IMG/VR virus record: IMGVR_UViG_2706795442_000001
DNA: 10,055 bases
Source: a virus
Lineage: Duplodnaviria > Heunggongvirae > Uroviricota > Caudoviricetes
Reading direction: 5' to 3' (one strand)
The notes beneath the pieces are model-generated. The model did not search any database. It was not told the DNA's origin and saw only the letters and a list, made by a program, of their open reading frames with translations. The number at the start of each line of letters is the position of its first letter. Positions within the stretch are counted from its first letter, which is position 1. Below are positions 6,448 through 10,055 of the stretch, in pieces. A program made the translations under genes and the position numbers.

Positions 6448-6476
6448 TTGACAATATTATAAACTTGTGTTATATA
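6448..6476 (+). promoter_or_regulatory. Strong sigmaA-type promoter (upstream of a tandem pair)
   Basis: TTGACA, 17 nt, TATATA with extended TG. Confidence 0.75.
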
Positions 6477-6501
6477 GTCAGTTTGTAATTTTACACATTA
6501 T

Positions 6502-6542
6502 TTTGTAACATTCTTGTAATATTCTTGTAGTTGATTTGTAAC
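6502..6542 (+). promoter_or_regulatory. WalR-type box, copy 3, extended to four 11-bp-phased hexamers
   Basis: TGTAAC 6504, TGTAAT 6515, TGTAGT 6526, TGTAAC 6537. The last two bracket the -35 TTGATT (6531-6536). Confidence 0.65.
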
Positions 6543-6559
6543 AGTCAAAGTGTTAAAGT
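6531..6559 (+). promoter_or_regulatory. sigmaA-type promoter (downstream of the tandem pair)
   Basis: TTGATT, 17 nt, TAAAGT with extended TG, then AGACAGTTA at 6562. Confidence 0.7.
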
Positions 6560-6600
6560 ATAGACAGTTAGAAAAAACAAGAAAAAAAGGATGATAAAAA

Positions 6601-6903
6601 ATGAAACTCAATAAAATGTTAAACAAAGCAAGAAACAACAAAACAAAAACAACACAAACAACATTAAAAAATAATGGCTTGAATATTAAAATTGAATACA
6701 GACCGAACGCCGAAGGGTTTAACAGTCAATATAAAAACAATACTTTTTATACCTATATTGATAATGAACTTGTTGGCGACTTATACCAACAAGAAAACAA
6801 TGTTCTAATGTGGTGTGATAATCACAATAAGTTAGTTTCTAATTTAACAGAAGCTAAACACATTGAGCATGTTTATAGTTTAGGATATATCGAAGAAGTG
6901 TAA
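6601..6903 (+). CDS. Hypothetical phage protein (100 aa)
   Basis: AAAAGGATGATAAAAAATG junction; tandem promoters upstream. Confidence 0.85.
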   Translation: MKLNKMLNKARNNKTKTTQTTLKNNGLNIKIEYRPNAEGFNSQYKNNTFYTYIDNELVGDLYQQENNVLMWCDNHNKLVSNLTEAKHIEHVYSLGYIEEV

Positions 6904-6931
6904 AATTTTACTTTTTATTTTTAAAAAGATG

Positions 6932-6959
6932 TTGAAATAAGTGCAAAATTTGATACAAT
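6932..6959 (+). promoter_or_regulatory. sigmaA-type promoter
   Basis: TTGAAA, 16 nt, TACAAT with extended TG, then AGACAGTTA at 6962. Confidence 0.7.
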
Positions 6960-6996
6960 AAAGACAGTTAAGAAAATAATAAAGGTGGTAACAAAA

Positions 6997-7083
6997 ATGA
7001 TTACATTATATATACTTGCTCATTGGCGTATGAGCAAAGAAAAGAAAAAACAAAGTGAGTTATATTTTGCTTATACTAGATAA
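6997..7083 (+). CDS. Small peptide (28 aa), MITLYILAHWRMSKEKKKQSELYFAYTR
   Basis: Below the ORF-track cutoff. First gene after the 6932 promoter with an AAGGTGG RBS; its stop abuts the next AAGGTGG. Confidence 0.6.
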   Translation: MITLYILAHWRMSKEKKKQSELYFAYTR

Positions 7084-7097
7084 GGTGGTTATAAAAA

Positions 7098-7340
7098 ATG
7101 AAATTAATAAACAGTAATAAAGAAATTGAAGCGATTAATAATAAAGAAAATGATTTTATTGTAAATGTTCGTTATAAACTCACAGATTATATTACAGATT
7201 GTATGCGTAACAATGAAGATGACCATATAGAAATTTTAAAGTGGTTGTCAACATTAGAAAAATGTTTAATATGTGAAACGGTTAAAGATTTAATTAACCT
7301 AATTAATATCTATGATTTACCTTTTAATATTATAAAGTAA
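7098..7340 (+). CDS. Hypothetical phage protein (80 aa)
   Basis: TAAGGTGG RBS; open frame. Confidence 0.8.
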   Translation: MKLINSNKEIEAINNKENDFIVNVRYKLTDYITDCMRNNEDDHIEILKWLSTLEKCLICETVKDLINLINIYDLPFNIIK

Positions 7341-7354
7341 GGTGGTTTTAAAAA

Positions 7355-7501
7355 ATGATTAAGTTTACACACAAAAACAAAAAATATAAAAGCACACAAA
7401 CAACAGACGCATTAATAACGTTGTTTGGTGGTACTGGATTAATTACATTGCTTGATTGGTTGGTATCAATTCAAGATAATATAAATATTTTTGTTAAATA
7501 A
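7355..7501 (+). CDS. Small putative membrane-associated protein (48 aa)
   Basis: Not in the track. TAAGGTGG RBS; MIKFTHKNKKYKSTQTTDALITLFGGTGLITLLDWLVSIQDNINIFVK has a basic N-terminus then a hydrophobic stretch. Confidence 0.7.
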   Translation: MIKFTHKNKKYKSTQTTDALITLFGGTGLITLLDWLVSIQDNINIFVK

Positions 7502-7540
7502 ACAAAGTGTAAAATTTCCTTAAAAAGTTTTAAAAAAGTA

Positions 7541-7569
7541 TTGAAATAATTTCCAATAGGCTTTAGAAT
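7541..7569 (+). promoter_or_regulatory. sigmaA-type promoter
   Basis: TTGAAA, 17 nt, TAGAAT; AACAAAGTGTAAAATTTCC at 7501-7519 upstream. Confidence 0.75.
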
Positions 7570-7613
7570 AATAAATGTAATAACAATAATAAAAACAAGA
7601 TAGGATGATGAAA

Positions 7614-7871
7614 ATGACTACAGAACTACAAGCAATTTACACGAATCAAAAAAGTTTTTACGGAAAAGCACAGGTTGAATATACGCCAGACAATCACAAA
7701 ATTTTATATAGCTATAATACGAAAGTTTGCGAACTAAACGCCGACAATCAGATAATAAAAATCGGCTATTATTCACAAACAACTAGCCGACACATTAATG
7801 ATTTTTTACAACAAAATGGACATAAGAAAATGAGTAAAAAAGAAATTGAAAAATTAGAAAGTGAGTGTTAA
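7614..7871 (+). CDS. Conserved-looking small phage protein (85 aa; start moved from 7605 to 7614) with SFYGKA...YSQTTSRH motifs
   Basis: AGGA RBS spacing favours ATG at 7614. The motifs recall a widespread phage family of unknown function (from memory). Confidence 0.85.
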   Translation: MTTELQAIYTNQKSFYGKAQVEYTPDNHKILYSYNTKVCELNADNQIIKIGYYSQTTSRHINDFLQQNGHKKMSKKEIEKLESEC

Positions 7872-7873
7872 AA

Positions 7874-8032
7874 ATGGAAAATGAAACATTAGAACAAATT
7901 AAAAATGACTATATTTTTCTAATATCAGAACATCCAAACGATTGGGGATTAAACGAAACGGCAACCGATGAAGAAATTAAAGAAATGGCGTTATCTTTAG
8001 CTATTGAAGAAAAAGAAAACAAAATAATATAA
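7874..8032 (+). CDS. Small acidic protein (52 aa)
   Basis: Not in the track. MENETLEQIKNDYIFLISEHPNDWGLNETATDEEIKEMALSLAIEEKENKII; GAAAGTGAGTG RBS; fills the gap between neighbours exactly. Confidence 0.75.
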   Translation: MENETLEQIKNDYIFLISEHPNDWGLNETATDEEIKEMALSLAIEEKENKII

Positions 8033-8048
8033 AGGGGGGGTGTAAATA

Positions 8049-8318
8049 ATGAATAATGAATTAAAAAGACATGTTAACAATGAATATAAAAAAATGATAA
8101 GTGATTGCTATAAACGTATAAAAAACGTTGGTGGCGTCATTACAAATGATTTTAAACAATGGGGCAACATAGATGAATGCGATGACATATATTACATTAT
8201 AAATCACTGTGCGTATAAGCTATATAAAAAAGGTGTTAAAGAAATAAGCATAACACCGAAATTTATTAAGTTGATTCTTAACAATGATAAAGCGAAATAT
8301 ATTAAAAAAGGATGTTAA
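8049..8318 (+). CDS. Hypothetical basic phage protein (89 aa)
   Basis: AAAGGGGGGG RBS; open frame. Confidence 0.8.
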   Translation: MNNELKRHVNNEYKKMISDCYKRIKNVGGVITNDFKQWGNIDECDDIYYIINHCAYKLYKKGVKEISITPKFIKLILNNDKAKYIKKGC

Positions 8319-8321
8319 AAT

Positions 8322-8621
8322 ATGGATAAAAATTTAGTAGATATTAATTTAGAATTAAGTAAAGGCTATGCAATCGACTTAAATATTTTAAGTTATAAAA
8401 TAACTATTGTGAAACATGATAATGAAACGCTAGGCGTTTTTTATAAACATGTTAAGATTGGGGAATTAAATTCCAATAACAGTATTTTTTATCGCTTCAC
8501 ATTTTACGGCGAAGATTTTGGGACACGTGATTTTATCTATGATAAAGTAACAAGCATTAAGCAAGTGCTAGGGATTATGTTGTATCATGATTTTGATATA
8601 ATAGATTATGATAATTATTAA
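8322..8621 (+). CDS. Hypothetical phage protein (99 aa)
   Basis: AAAGGATG RBS inside the end of the previous gene; followed by a terminator. Confidence 0.8.
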   Translation: MDKNLVDINLELSKGYAIDLNILSYKITIVKHDNETLGVFYKHVKIGELNSNNSIFYRFTFYGEDFGTRDFIYDKVTSIKQVLGIMLYHDFDIIDYDNY

Positions 8622-8640
8622 GAAGAAATAAATATATATT

Positions 8641-8671
8641 AAGTCTAGCTATTAAGTAGCTAGGCTTTTTT
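8641..8671 (+). terminator. Rho-independent terminator closing the small-gene array
   Basis: GTCTAGCTA-TTAAG-TAGCTAGGC stem followed by T6. Confidence 0.85.
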
Positions 8672-8818
8672 ATTATGCCTTATTTTAAGCGCTATTATAT
8701 TACGGGTATTATATACCTTTTGACTTATAACGTTTCTGTGTGGCTTTCTGTGTGGATTGTATAACGGGGGGTGGTTATATATTACATTGTTTACATGGTC
8801 GGTCTAATAATAAGGGTT

Positions 8819-8990
8819 TATATAATCGTCACTTATATTATAGGTTGCTATATATGAACGGTGCTATATAAAGGGTAGTATATTAAAGGCGTATATATAA
8901 CAGTGCTATATAATGGATATATAGGGCGTATATAAAGCGTTGTTATATAATAGGTGGTATATATCAAGGGTATATATAAAGGCGTATGTA
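8819..8990. repeat. Array of about 13 TATATA-core units spaced 11-16 bp with G-rich linkers
   Basis: Cores at 8819, 8834, 8849, 8865, 8879, 8892, 8907, 8918, 8929, 8944, 8958, 8971, 8985; approximate consensus GGCGTATATA(T)AAA. Confidence 0.65.
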
Positions 8991-9900
8991 TAAGCCTATG
9001 TGTAACATGTGTGTATATGTATCTATATATGTGTATGCTATATGTGTGTACATATGTATACAGTATATACAGTTGTGTATATATGTATATGTAATATATG
9101 TATGTGTTATGTATTGTGTGTATATGTGTAGTTGTATGTGTGTATGATAGTACAATGATAGTAGTATGATTATGTATAGTTATATATATAGTAATGTATA
9201 TGTATAGTTTTATGTGTATTCGTTGTGTGGTGTATCAGTATGTAGTATGTATCGTATGGACAGTGTGCACAGTGGTATATATATCATAGTGCATATATGT
9301 ATATGTACATATGTATGTAAGTATATATAGTTATGTATATAGATATGTATATGTATAGTTATGTTGATTGTGTTTGTATGTGTTGTGTGTATGTATGTTG
9401 TATTGATATATGTATGATTGTATATGATTAAGTATATAGTTATATGTATTGTGATTGTGTATGTATTAGATTGTTATACATGAATGTATGTAATGATATG
9501 TAATGATTATATATAACAATGATATATAACAATGATATGTAATGATTACATGTAATGATTAACACACATAGTATATCAATGTATTAGATTGTATTACATG
9601 ATTGTATATAGTATTGATATGTATTGATATGATACAAGCTATATCATACAACCTTATTACCTTATTACCTTATATATCCTTATAACGCATGTATGCGTAT
9701 GTGCGTGTTCTGTCTGTGTCTGTCTGTGTCTGTCTGTTGTGTGTTCGGTGTCATGTTCGTATATTGTATTATGTTTGATATATGTTGGATGATATAGTAT
9801 GATATTTATTTATATAATATATTTGTATTGCACAAGTGATATTATATAATTTTTTTATACAATATCAATCGCATATTATATAGTTTGTATACCTGGTATG
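8991..9900. repeat. Non-coding, strand-biased alternating TA/TG low-complexity tract with embedded short tandem repeats
   Basis: Plus strand is made mostly of TATG, TGTG and TATA, with C scarce. ATGTAATGAT at 9488, 9498, 9537, 9550; ATATAACAATGAT at 9511, 9524; CCTTATTA at 9652, 9660 (partial at 9668); TCTGTCTGTG at 9709, 9719 (variant at 9729). Confidence 0.9.
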
Positions 9901-10055
9901 TACAGACCTATAAAATATTTATAGAAATTTTACACCACGGGTGGTCTAATAAGAGGTCGGTATGGCTTCGGGTAGTCCTGGAAACGTTGGTGCTGTAGGG
10001 GTCCCCCTGTTTTTTATGTGAAAATTTGATTCTTTTTTAAAAGACAAGCGCCCCC

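Noticed and set aside
73-8621. Genome-wide TAG recoding
   Set aside because: All long genes are open under the standard code; in-frame TAGs occur only in two decayed ORFs.
8964-9155. 63-aa H/I/Y/T-rich minus-strand ORF
   Set aside because: Artefact of the CA/TA low-complexity tract; no RBS.
9488-9560. TGTAAT repeats as further WalR boxes
   Set aside because: Spacing is 10 or 13 bp rather than 11, and they lie within simple-sequence DNA.
9936-10010. Possible tRNA or known ncRNA in the GC-richer segment
   Set aside because: No TPsiC loop (GTTCRA), cloverleaf or CCA end could be built.

Overview
Very AT-rich window (roughly 25-30% GC, by eye) that looks like part of a large phage or prophage of a low-GC Gram-positive (Bacillota) host. 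The host and phage group cannot be fixed from sequence alone. It has four zones. (1) 1-2898 is a leftward module: partial CxxC redoxin, a 327-aa protein with a C-terminal sigma70-region-4/LuxR-like HTH, a free-standing NUMOD4-HNH endonuclease, two decayed ORFs and a 148-aa unknown. (2) About 2960-3730 is a non-coding divergent region full of short repeats. (3) 3731-8671 is a rightward array of about 14 small genes of unknown function. It has at least 8 sigmaA-type promoters, near-identical RBS junctions and two intrinsic terminators, the architecture of an early or host-takeover region. (4) 8672-10055 is about 1.4 kb of non-coding, strand-biased TA/TG low-complexity DNA ending in a GC-richer segment. 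The most striking signal is four intergenic exact matches to the host WalR/OmpR-family direct repeat TGTWAH-N5-TGTWAH (1238, 3475, 3553, 6504). One extends into a four-hexamer, 11-bp-phased array across a -35 element, suggesting the phage wires its genes to a host two-component sensor. No tRNA, rRNA or CRISPR array was found.
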